Origin: Mayamaea pseudoterrestris
Taxonomy: Eukaryota
NCBI GenBank assembly: GCA_027923505.1
Contig: BROI01000024.1
Coordinates: 310,001-374,000 of the forward strand
DNA: 64,000 nucleotides
Reading direction: 5' to 3'
Shown: piece by piece, positions 21,590 through 32,262 of the stretch
Layout: every line of letters starts with the position of its first letter
Numbering within the stretch: position 1 is the first letter of the stretch
The notes under the pieces: generated by a model
What the model saw: only the letters and a program-made list of their open reading frames with translations
What the model was told of the DNA's origin: nothing
Databases searched by the model: none
Made by a program: the position numbers and the translations under genes

Positions 21590-24500
21590 TACATCCTGGT
21601 AGCGCACCTTAAACAAGGATGTTAGCACCACTCTGGCTGGAATGGGCATTCACATGGCTCAAGGGATGGACATTTGAAAGGCATGGCTTGCAGCTGCTGG
21701 CTGACACTGGTGACAAGTTATCACTAAGCACATGCCTGTCTACTGAGTCACCAGCCAGTCAACTTATCCTGTAGCGCACCTTAGACAAGGATGCTAGCAC
21801 CATTTGGCTTGATTTGAGCATACATATGGCTCAAGGGATGGGCTTTTGAAAGGCATGGCTTATTGCAGCTGGTGGCTGATACTGGTGACAAGTTATCACC
21901 AATCACATGCCATTCTACTGAGTCACCAGCCTGTCCTCTTCTCCTGTAGAACACCTGTAATAAAGATGTTAGCACAATTCTGGCTTGATTTGGGCACACA
22001 TGTGGCTCAAGGGTTAGGCATTTGAAAGGCATGGCAGCTGCTGGCTGAGACTGGTGACAAGTTATCACCAATCACATTCCAGTCTACTGAGACACCAGTC
22101 AGTCCCCTTATCCCATAACGCACCTTACATGGATGTTAGCACCATTCTGGCTTGAATTGGTCATTCACATGTCTCAAGGGATGGGCATTTGCAAGGCATG
22201 GCTTGCAGCTGCTGGCTGAGAACTGGTGACAATTTATTACCAATCACATTGCAGTCTACTGAGACACCAGACAGTCCTCTTATCCTGTAGCGCTCCTAAC
22301 ATAAGGATGTTTAGACCATTTTGGCTTGAAATGGGCATTCACATGGCTCAAGGGATGGGCATTTGAATGGCATGGCTTGCAGCTGCTGGCTGAGACTGGT
22401 GACAAGTTATCACCAATCACATTGCAGTCTACTGATACACCAGCCAGTCAACTTATCCTGTAGCGCACCTTAGACAAGGATGTTAGCACCATTCTGGCTT
22501 AAATGGGCATTCACATGGCTCAAGGGAAGGGCATTTGAAAGGCATGGCAGCTGCTGGCTGAGACTGATGACATGTTATCACCAATCACAATGCAGCATAC
22601 TGAGACACCAGCCAGTCCTCCTATTCTGTAGCGCTTCCTTTATTATGGATGTAAGCATAATTTTGGCTTGATTTAGACATACACATGGCTCAAGGGATGG
22701 GCATCTGAAAGGCATGGCAGCTGCTGGCTGAGACTGTGGACAAGCCAATCACATTGCAGTCTACTGAGACACCAGACAGTCCATTTATCCTGTAGCACAC
22801 CTTCAAAAATGATGTCAGTACATTTCTGGCTTGATTTGGGCATACATGTGGCTCAAGGGATGGGCAGTTGAAAGGCATGGCTGGCAGCTGGTGGCTGTGA
22901 CCGGTGACAAGTTATCACCCATCACAATGCAGTCTTCTGAGACACCAGCCAGTCAACTTATCCTGAAGCGCACCTGACATAAGGATGTATGCACCATTCT
23001 GGCTTGAATTGGGCATTCACATGGCTCAAGGGATGGGCATTTGAATGGCATGGCTTGCAGCTGCTTGCTGAGACTGGTGATGAGTTACCACCAATCACAT
23101 TGCAGTCTACTGAAACACCAGCCAGTCAACTAATCCTTTTGCGCACCTTAGACATGGATGTATGCACCACTCTGGTTTGAGATGGGCATTCGCATTGCTC
23201 AAGGAATGGGCATTTGAAAGGCATGGCTTGCAGCCGCTTGCTGGGACTGGTGACAATTTATCACCAATCACATTGCAGCCTACTGAGACACCAGTCAGTC
23301 CTCCTATCCTGTAGCGCACCTTAAACAAGGATGTTAGCACCATTCTGGCTTGAATTGGGCATTCACATGGCTAAAGGGATGGGCATTTGAAAGGCATGGC
23401 TTGCAGCTGCTGGCTAAGACTGGTGACAAGTTATCAACATTCACATTGCAGTCTACTGAAACACCAGCCAGTCAACTTATCCTGTAGCACACCTAAGACA
23501 AGGATGTAAACACCATTCTGTCTTGAAATGGTCATTCACATGGCTCAAGGGAAGGGCATTTGAAAGGCATGGTAGCTGCTGGCTGAGACTGGTGTCAACT
23601 TATCACCCAATCACAATGCAGTCTACTGTTGCACTCATTAAACAAGAATGTTAGCACCATTCTGGCTTGAATTAGTCATTCAAATGGCTCAAGGGATGGA
23701 CATTTGAAAGGCATGGCTTGCAGCCGCTTGCTAAAACTGGTGACAAGTTATCACCAATCACATTGCAGTCTACTGAGACACCAGTCGGTCCTCTTATCCT
23801 GTAGCGCTCCATAATTAAGGATGTCAGTACTATTCTGGCTTGATTTGGGCATACATGTGGCTCAAGGGATGGGCAGTTGAAAGGCATGGCTGGCAGCTGC
23901 TGGCTGAGACTGTGGACAAGGTATCACCCATCACATTGCAGTCTACTGAGACACCAGCTAGTCCTCTTATCCTGTAGCGCACCTGACATAAGGATGTATA
24001 CACCATTTTAGCTTAAAATGGGCATTGAAATGGCTCAAGGGATGGGCATTCGAATGGCATGGCTTGCAGCTGCTGGCTGAGACTGGTGACGAGTTATCAC
24101 CAATCACATTGCAGTCTACTGATACACCAGCCAGTCAACTTATCCTTTAGCGCAACTTAGACAAGGATGTAAGCACCATTTTAAATTGAGATGGGCATTT
24201 GCATGGCTCAAGGGATGGGCATTTGAAAGGCAATGCTTGCAGCCGCTTGCTGAGACTGGTGACGAGTTATCACCAATTACATTGCAGTCTACTGAAACAC
24301 CAGCCAGTCAACTTAACCTATAGCGCACCTTAAACAAGGATGTATGTACCACTCTTAATTGAGATGGGCATTTGCATGGCTCAAGGGATGGGCATTTGAA
24401 AGACATGGCTTGCAGCCACTTGCAGAGACTGGTGACAAATTATCATCCAATCACATTGCAGTCTACTGAGACACCAGTCAGTCCTCTTATCCTGTAGCGC

Positions 24501-25030
24501 ACCTTAAACAAGGATGTTAGCACCATTCTGGCTTGAATTGGGCATTCACATGGCTCAAGGGATGGGCATTTGATTGGCATGGCTTGCAGCCGCTTGCTGA
24601 GACTGGTGACAAGATATCACCAATCACATTGCAGTCTACTGAGACACCACTCAGTCCTCTTATCCTGTAGCGCACCTTAAACAAGGATGTTAGCACCATT
24701 CTGGCTTGAAATGGTCATTCACATGGCTCAAGGGATGGGCATTTGAAAGGCATGGCTTGCAGCCGCTGGCTGAGACTGGTGACAAGTTATCACCAATCAC
24801 ATTGCAGTCTACTGAGACACCAGTCAGTCCTTTTATCCTGTAGCGCACCTTAAACAAGGATGTTAGCACCATTCTATCTTGATTTGGGCATTCACATGGC
24901 TCAAGGGATGGCCATTTGAAAGGCATGGCTTGCAGCTGCTGGCTAAGACTGGTGACAAGTTATCACCAATCACATTGCAGTCTACTGAGACACCAGCCAG
25001 TCCTCTTATCCTGTTGCGCACCTTAAATAA
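21590..25030. repeat. Satellite-like tandem array, ~20 copies of a 173-bp monomer
   Basis: CACCATTCT starts at 24521, 24694 and 24867 (exact 173-bp period); the GGCTCAAGGG-like core recurs about 20 times from ~21657 to ~24898; one truncated unit near 23630. Confidence 0.97.
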
Positions 25031-25608
25031 GGTATAAGGTCAAAATTGTCCCTAATTTTGCTACAAGGACAGCTGCCTGTGGTGGTTGTGTACTCAGTAG
25101 CTGCATACAATGCCATGGCATGGGTGATGGGCACTGCAGCTAACAGAGGTGTTCCTGCAAGCCTACTCATGCAGTCGTGGGTCTTGTACATTGTTGCTGC
25201 CTGACACATCCTTGACAATGGCTGCTGCTGATATCTGGAGATTGAATGAAGGCTTCTGCAAGCCCACTGGCTCATAGGATAGCTAATGCAGGATTTACCA
25301 ATCCTCACAAAGAAACGCCATTGTCCTCGTCTGTACACAAAACAGTATAGATATCATTTTTCACTAATACAGTAAAAACATAGTACGTATTCGATGTAAC
25401 TTGAACCTATAAACCGAGCCCCCTGAACTGAATCGTTCCGCTACTCAACAAGTTAAGATCCGTTTTTTCTTCCAATTTTCTTCCAACCCCCAAATAATGT
25501 TCGATGAACAAGCAGCACAATTACCAATGTCTCAAAGTCTTTGTGTGTGTGTATGATAATAAAAAGTACAAATAGACTTCTTTGTTATTCAACACAAACA
25601 CTATTTTT

Positions 25609-27096
25609 CTAAAACGCGACCGTGTCGGCGTTTGAATCTACGCCACTGTAGCTTCTGTCTAGCCCCTTGACGACGTATTCCTGGCATTCAAAAGTTCGCC
25701 CCCGCTCATCCACCTCAAAGGACTCGAACAACTCAATGTCATGATCCGTCGTGTGGCTTGCATTTAACCGGCTGCCATGGTAACGTGACTTTTCTGGCGT
25801 CGTTTGTGGCGAATACGCTGGAACAGACAACCCATCATCGTTAAACGAGTCATCCTGAAAGGTTTCATCGCTAAGTCGCACATTGTCGACGGAAACGTTC
25901 AAGGTTCGCTGGGTCGACATGATTTTGATGCGGTCCACCAAGCTTTCGGACGGTTTGCGGCGCTTTTGACGCTGGCGGCGGACAATGACGCCGGCAGCGG
26001 TTCCCGCGAGGGCAACGACGGCCATGGATAAAAAGATGACGCCTGTTGGCTTTCGGTCGCCGGTGGTACTATTGCTTGTTTCAGTGTTTGACGTTACCAC
26101 ATCGTCGTCAGATTCTTGGGCAGCTACCTTATCGGGTGCATAGATAACAGCATCGATCAACTCCACAGCGGTCAAGTTCCGGAATACACTTGGCATTGCG
26201 TCAATGGCGTCAAGAATTAAGGCATCTTCGTATTTAGATGGCCCATCATACGTCAACCGCAGCACTGAATATACTTGGTAGCAAGCAAGCGTATCATTAT
26301 CACCAATGTCAGAGTTGCTTCCACTGCAAGGCTCTTCCGTCAAGGATGGAACATATAGCTTTATTTCATCAATCTGAAGAGGACATTCGGAGGAGTTTGT
26401 GACGGTTGTGTTAATGCTAGCGTCAGTGAATCCTCCCAGCTGGCGTTCCAAGCGAGTTCCAACGACTCCATGGATTTTGCTGCCAATGCGCATGGCGGCG
26501 CTTTCATTACTCGCAATGATCTCATATGTCACTTCGAGCCATGATTCAATTGACTGTGAGCTAGAGCAGTTGAAAGTAGCGGCATTGTCGGTTGCAGTGA
26601 CGTTTTCCATGGCATCGTCACCGTCAAGAATCAATGCTCCCTGATCGGCCTGATCGTCATCGTCATTCTGATCAGGTACAACTTCTTCCGTGTCCTCAAC
26701 ATCCGATGGTGTCTCATCCTTATTCTTGTCATCGTCTCCCGCATCATCGTCATCAACTTCTTCAGCTCTGGTCCTGTCTTCTCTTAGCTCTTTGGTGGGC
26801 GATACTGTCGGGGAGTCTGTCCTCTTCACATCGTTTGCCACTGCATCCTTGTTGTCATTTCCTTGTTCTGGTGGGGCAACGTCTTTTTCGTTCCTGTCAG
26901 TCGTCTCTTCTGGCGCAGCATCCTCCTTGTCGCTTCCTGGACCTTGCAGTCGCCTCTTCACTGCAGCACCTTGGATGCTTGATGGACGAACTTGCCAAGT
27001 GTTGTTGGCTTGTCGGATGCCTGATCCGGCCCGAGCGATTGGTGCCAATGCGGAAATAGATATCAGGAGTGATAATAAGTTGTTGATAGACTTCAT
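25609..27096 (-). CDS. Type I membrane protein: signal peptide, RRL motif, acidic linker, Cys-containing ectodomain, single TM, cytosolic tail
   Basis: MKSINNLLSLLISISALAPIARA; KRRLQG; TM GVIFLSMAVVALAGTAAGVIV followed by RRQRQKRRK; ends DTVAF. Confidence 0.8.
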   Translation of the reverse strand: MKSINNLLSLLISISALAPIARAGSGIRQANNTWQVRPSSIQGAAVKRRLQGPGSDKEDAAPEETTDRNEKDVAPPEQGNDNKDAVANDVKRTDSPTVSPTKELREDRTRAEEVDDDDAGDDDKNKDETPSDVEDTEEVVPDQNDDDDQADQGALILDGDDAMENVTATDNAATFNCSSSQSIESWLEVTYEIIASNESAAMRIGSKIHGVVGTRLERQLGGFTDASINTTVTNSSECPLQIDEIKLYVPSLTEEPCSGSNSDIGDNDTLACYQVYSVLRLTYDGPSKYEDALILDAIDAMPSVFRNLTAVELIDAVIYAPDKVAAQESDDDVVTSNTETSNSTTGDRKPTGVIFLSMAVVALAGTAAGVIVRRQRQKRRKPSESLVDRIKIMSTQRTLNVSVDNVRLSDETFQDDSFNDDGLSVPAYSPQTTPEKSRYHGSRLNASHTTDHDIELFESFEVDERGRTFECQEYVVKGLDRSYSGVDSNADTVAF

Positions 27097-27428
27097 TTGC
27101 TTATATCTTGGTGCTGATGCTTGGATCTGGGCTAGCGAAATGCCAATTGGACTGCTGTCAAGAACGTGAAGGACGATTAAAATGAATTGCGATCGGCTTT
27201 TTCGAAATGCCGATCTTCACGGGCGCGCGCCTATGAACGGAAAGATTCGAGTCGTATCGGTACCGTAACACTTTAGCTACCTACAGTACGTCGTATCGAA
27301 GTCGTACGGTACAGTTCGGGAGTTACTTGAACCTTAGAGAAAAGATGGTCTAAGTCGGTCTCTATATTGCTGACTACCAACAAGTATAGTTGACATTACG
27401 TATGTTCATACTATTCAGTTTTTTGAGC

Positions 27429-29423
27429 CTACAGATCAACCGTGTCATCGCAGTCAAAGAGTGACCTCGACCGGCTAAAGTACAAGGACGGACTCGAACT
27501 TGACCGCGAAACATCGTGAGTCGTGTCGCTGACATACATGGAATTTTGGTCGACCCGCGAAACCTCTGTGGGACTAGTTCGAGACCGCTGCAAAAGCTTC
27601 TTGTCCGAGTTGTTGTAGAACTTGGCGTTGCGCTCCCGGTCATCCACTGCGTCCATTGTTTCCACGTGCACGCGAGTAATTCGACCCGCTGGAGTCATGA
27701 TCACATCGTACAAGACCGAGTGATCCGCATAATCACTCTCGTTGGCGAGAATGGGTGATCCTTGGACAGAAAAGGACCGAACGCTGGCATCGTGCGATGA
27801 AGTAGGCGACGATGGAGGAGATTCAAACTTGTTGAGTGGCATTGCTTTTTGCGACAAAATTCGAAGAGACTCGGTTTGTGGTGGACCGCGCTGCGGTGGA
27901 GGGTTGGTGTAGCGCTCGTGAATAGATTTACCCGTTGCCAGGATGGTAGCTTGACTGGAGTAAGCATGGCTGTAGTCATCGTCGCTGACACCCGACGATT
28001 CGTCATCCATCTTGTTTGCACAGTGAAAGAACGCGCTATCGAAAGACTGATTGTCTCCGGCCGTACTTTCCGTATCCTTTGGGGATAGCCGCTGAGTGTC
28101 CTTGCTCGGGGCTTGCTCGACGTCCGGCGTCATGTTCAGTTGACGCGTCTTGCCTCGATCCTGACGCTTCTTGATGAAGAAAATGATCAACAGAATCACC
28201 GTCAATATAATCGCTAGCAAGAAGCATGTGACAAAAATTCGGGCAGCCTTGCTCATGGATGTTCTTCCTGGCTTGCCTTGGTTGTCGTTGAGAGTCGAGT
28301 CATCATTGCCAGTGCTATTACCATCGCTTTCTCCGTCAGCCTTGCCGCCGCCTGTAGTCGCGTCATCAATAGGTGGTTCATCCCGTCCGGAATTTTCAGT
28401 CTTACCATCCGTCGCTCCGCCAGAATCTGCCTGTGACTTGCCACCTGCATCGGATGTCTGTCCTTCCGTGTCCTTCTTTGGACTGTTCGTAGTCTCGCCT
28501 CCCTTGCTCGCATCGTCTTCCGCTTTGCCGCCAGTGTTATCATCATCAGTCTTCTTGCCGCCTGCGCCTGCGTTATCATCATCATTCTTCTTGCCGCCGG
28601 CATCGTCGCCAACTTCATTTTTCATATTTCCCGCTTCGCTTAGCGGAACAAGTGTTGCATTAAGGAATTCAATCTCGTTCGAGCCCGACATGGTGGAAAA
28701 GGCAGTTGGAAACAAATCCAGCGCCGTTTGGAGCATTTGCTCCATCTCGTCCCTCGGCCCAGTGTAGTCTAGCATCAAGCCAGCCGCCATGCGAAAGCAA
28801 CTATCCGAAGAAGAGGTTTGAGACTCAAGCGTACAAGATTCAGTTTGCAGATTTGGCTGTTCGTAGTCAATGTTTTGTACGCTAGCCTTGGTGCAGTCAA
28901 TGCCATCCGTCACCAAGTCACTTGCAAACACTTTTTGCACCGTCTTCTCCACATAGTCGCCTACTTTGCTGGCGTCGTCTTCATCCGACGCTCCAACTTT
29001 GAAGCTATATTCGAGTGACAGAGTCATTGAGACGCAGGGGACTGCATCGTTGACAGTAGATGGTGCCGCCGCATCAGGTGGAGTATCCGATGGCGATGCT
29101 GCTACATCGGTTACAGACGGACCACTGCTTGAGTCATCTGGAGCTGACAGCGTTCCAACATTCATATCTCCGTGTGATGAATCTGCAGTGTTTGCATCTC
29201 CAGCGCCAGTCTCAGACGGAGTAGGTGCGCCAAATTGCGGTCCTGCTGGACCTTTTCTTTTCTTGTCGTCCTGCTTCATCACTCGAGTTGCTGCAGCTGG
29301 ATCGCGACGAAGAAAATGGTGCGGATCCGCTCCAACAAGTCGGCGTCCATGTTTGACTGCAAATACTGTCTCCAGAGAAGAGACAAGCAGTAGCAACGCG
29401 AGTAACGTCGTTTGATTCCTCAT
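27429..29423 (-). CDS. Type I membrane protein, probable tandem paralog of 25609-27096
   Basis: Likely start MRNQTTLLALLLLVSSLETVFA; GRRLVG; PNLQTESC...CFRMAAGLMLDYTGP parallels PSLTEEPC...CYQVYSVLRLTYDGP of the neighbour; TM then KKRQ; ends DTVDL. Confidence 0.8.
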   Translation of the reverse strand: MRNQTTLLALLLLVSSLETVFAVKHGRRLVGADPHHFLRRDPAAATRVMKQDDKKRKGPAGPQFGAPTPSETGAGDANTADSSHGDMNVGTLSAPDDSSSGPSVTDVAASPSDTPPDAAAPSTVNDAVPCVSMTLSLEYSFKVGASDEDDASKVGDYVEKTVQKVFASDLVTDGIDCTKASVQNIDYEQPNLQTESCTLESQTSSSDSCFRMAAGLMLDYTGPRDEMEQMLQTALDLFPTAFSTMSGSNEIEFLNATLVPLSEAGNMKNEVGDDAGGKKNDDDNAGAGGKKTDDDNTGGKAEDDASKGGETTNSPKKDTEGQTSDAGGKSQADSGGATDGKTENSGRDEPPIDDATTGGGKADGESDGNSTGNDDSTLNDNQGKPGRTSMSKAARIFVTCFLLAIILTVILLIIFFIKKRQDRGKTRQLNMTPDVEQAPSKDTQRLSPKDTESTAGDNQSFDSAFFHCANKMDDESSGVSDDDYSHAYSSQATILATGKSIHERYTNPPPQRGPPQTESLRILSQKAMPLNKFESPPSSPTSSHDASVRSFSVQGSPILANESDYADHSVLYDVIMTPAGRITRVHVETMDAVDDRERNAKFYNNSDKKLLQRSRTSPTEVSRVDQNSMYVSDTTHDVSRSSSSPSLYFSRSRSLFDCDDTVDL

Positions 29424-29675
29424 GGTGACAAGCAGGTTTGGTTTTTGAATGGCATTGGACGTTTCTTGCGCGAACCGGCCGGCGCGTAGTGCACGCGTCC
29501 TACCGTTTTTGACAAGTACCGAAGCGACACGGAACATTCCTGCGACGACGTCACCAATGCGCGCATCATTCGGACCGTTCGTTCCTTCATTTCCACCAAA
29601 CAAGGACAAGCTCGAAGCAAGACGAACATACAGCTTTGTTGTAGCAGCATTGCTCTCAATTACTAGTATTTCAAA

Positions 29676-30958
29676 ATGTTGACAATATACTCGAGACCCT
29701 CGTCAATGTCGCGTGAGAATAAATTGACGGACGTTTTACTAGGAGCGTCCGGAGCCTTTGTTGCTTCCGTCCTGGCGGTGCAAGTCTTGACGGAAGCCGA
29801 TCCGTGGGGGAAATGCTTGCGATTCTGGCGTCAACTGGGAGCTCATGTACGTTACAAGGAGTATATGAAAATATAGTGATAAAGAGTTTGCTATTGCGAT
29901 GATTTGCAGAGTCAGTGACGTCTCATGACTCTCCTCTCCATTTCATGTAGGAAAAGCAACTGACTTCATCGCACTCCGTGAATGACGGAATAGACGAATA
30001 CAGCAAACTCCACAACCAAGGCACCGCCAAGGATCGTACAACAAACTACCAAGCCTTGGTGAATGCCTACTACGATTTAGCGACACTCTTTTACGAGTGG
30101 GGTTGGGGCGCTTCCTTTCATTTTTCCTTTCAGTTTCGCGAGGAATCCTTCGCCGAGTCGATTCGTCGGCACGAGCACGTACTGGCGGCGCAACTCGTCG
30201 ACTGCTACGGTCCCTCAAAACACGTTTTGGACGTTGGCTGCGGCATTGGAGGTCCCATGCGCAACATTTCCAAGTTTCTCGGCGGCTGCCGCGTGACGGG
30301 CATTACCCTCAACCAGTACCAGGTGAATCGCGGCAATGAGCTCAACGCGCAGGATCCACACTGCGCTTCGACATGCAAGTCCGTTCAAGGAGATTTTATG
30401 AAACTGCCCTTTGATACAGACTCGCTGGACGGTGCCTACGCGATTGAAGCCACGTGCCATGCACCGGATCGCGTCAAGTGCTACCAGGAAATGCTGCGCG
30501 TCGTCAAGCCAGGAGCCACGGTTGCCATTTACGAGTGGTGCATGACCGAGTCCTACAATGCTTCCAGCACGAAACATCAGCAACTAAAAAAGGATATTGA
30601 GCAAGGCAATGGCTTGCCTGATATAATTGACACCAAGGCGTGTCTGCAAGCCATGAAAGACGCTGGTTTTGACATTGTTTCGGAAGCAGACTTGGCCTTG
30701 ACCAAGCACGTGCAACCATGGGAAACGCCATTGATGCCGTCATGGAACATTTTTTCGCAACGCTTCCAGTTCAACTGGTTGGGAGGACATATTACGAACG
30801 CGGCCATTCACTTGCTGGAGATTGTTCGCATTGCGCCCAAGGGAACCGTCAAGACGCAAAAGGTGCTGCAGACGGGTGGATTCGCTTTGAGGGATGCCGC
30901 GCAGGAGGGAATCTTTACGACCATGTATCTGATGGTGGGACGCAAGCCAGTGGCGTGA
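29676..30958 (+). CDS. SMT: Sterol C24-methyltransferase; intron 29847-29950
   Basis: YYDLATLFYEWGWGASFHF, VLDVGCGIGGPMR, YAIEATCHAP, IEQGNGLP motifs; N-terminal membrane anchor in exon 1. Confidence 0.95.
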
Positions 30959-31223
30959 GCGAAATGAACGTGACGGTTGGTGGGGTGAGTGTTAGGCTTT
31001 CGTTGATTCTCAACGACATGTATGAGCAAGGGATTTGGGTGTGTTGTCGTTTCCGTACATTATTAACTACATTACAGTATAGTTTGTGCACGCTTGTATC
31101 ACAGCAAAGAGTTTTTGACAACTACCGAAGCGACATGGATCGGAATGGAGTCCACGAACATCCATGCGGTGATGCCATCTTGGCGTCTCGTCCATTCATG
31201 TCACTCTGCAAGCAAGGTAGCAA

Positions 31224-31925
31224 ATGAAACAAGCCGATGAAACAGTAATGAAGACCAACGACGCTCTAGACTTGAAGACAACAGCAATAATCTTGGAGGA
31301 ACCTTCCGTTATGATTGAGGATCACGAAGAATTTCCCCACCTTGGCTTGGCACCATCTGCCAAGGAGATTGCAGATTCTGGATGGGTCAATCTTGCTCGC
31401 TCCTTCGTGCTTCCAATGAACACGAAATTATTACGGCACTGCGCATCATCGCCAGACATGCGGAGAGTACTTCCCATGCTGCGAGAGGTACATGATGATA
31501 ATGACGATGAAGCCGCGGAAGTTGATGGCGGCTGCGGCGACGAAAGCTTCACCCTAATTTCAACCGAGGAAGCAGATGCAGGTTTGAATGGATCGCGGAT
31601 TAGCTTTCGGGACGCCATATTGATTAAGGCGCGCAATAAAGACGAGAGTGATGGCGATGAAGCATTGTCTCCGTCGCGTCCTCGCATTCGTCCGGCCAAG
31701 TACATTGTCGTGCAGCAAAGCATGACGAGATGTAGCAGAAGCACGGGCGATTTGCAATCGATGGATTCAGAAGTCATGGGTGAAACAGATGCCATGGACT
31801 ATTATCATCGAAAGGCGCTTGGAGCTAAGGGTCGTGTCAGTGGATTGCGTATGCGGCCCGATGAAATGAAGCGAAAAGAAATGACGCTGAACAAAAAGAA
31901 CTTGCAACGGGCCAGTCAAGCATGA
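31224..31925 (+). CDS. Hypothetical protein
   Basis: 233-aa ORF with basic C-terminal block (LRMRPDEMKRKEM); no family recognised. Confidence 0.65.
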   Translation: MKQADETVMKTNDALDLKTTAIILEEPSVMIEDHEEFPHLGLAPSAKEIADSGWVNLARSFVLPMNTKLLRHCASSPDMRRVLPMLREVHDDNDDEAAEVDGGCGDESFTLISTEEADAGLNGSRISFRDAILIKARNKDESDGDEALSPSRPRIRPAKYIVVQQSMTRCSRSTGDLQSMDSEVMGETDAMDYYHRKALGAKGRVSGLRMRPDEMKRKEMTLNKKNLQRASQA

Positions 31926-32262
31926 TGATATCTTTAGAGTCGATTAGAGTAGTTAATTGTGTATGCAATATTAAAAAGGTTTCTGTGATCTTTGGTGATG
32001 TTTTGCATTTAGCATGAAAGGGTTTTGTGGGATCGGCAAGCTGCCTTGGGCGCAGTACTACCGGTATTACTGAGCTTGATTGTTAGTAACCTATAATGGA
32101 GCTTGTGCCCAAAACTACGTAAAAGATTGAACCGCCAAAAGCCATTATATAGTACTCTAATACGGATATAGCATGAGATGCCGCGATGTAAGAAGCCGTG
32201 CGAAAGAAATTGTAACATGCATCTTGTAGTCATCTATTTTAGCCTGAACTATCTACTCTTCA

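Noticed and set aside
21590..25030. CRISPR-like array or coding repeat (short ORFs such as MPFNCPSLEPHVCPNQAR)
   Set aside because: Whole monomers repeat with no unique spacers and no cas genes; the 173-bp period is not a multiple of 3 and the ORFs are broken by stops and indels.
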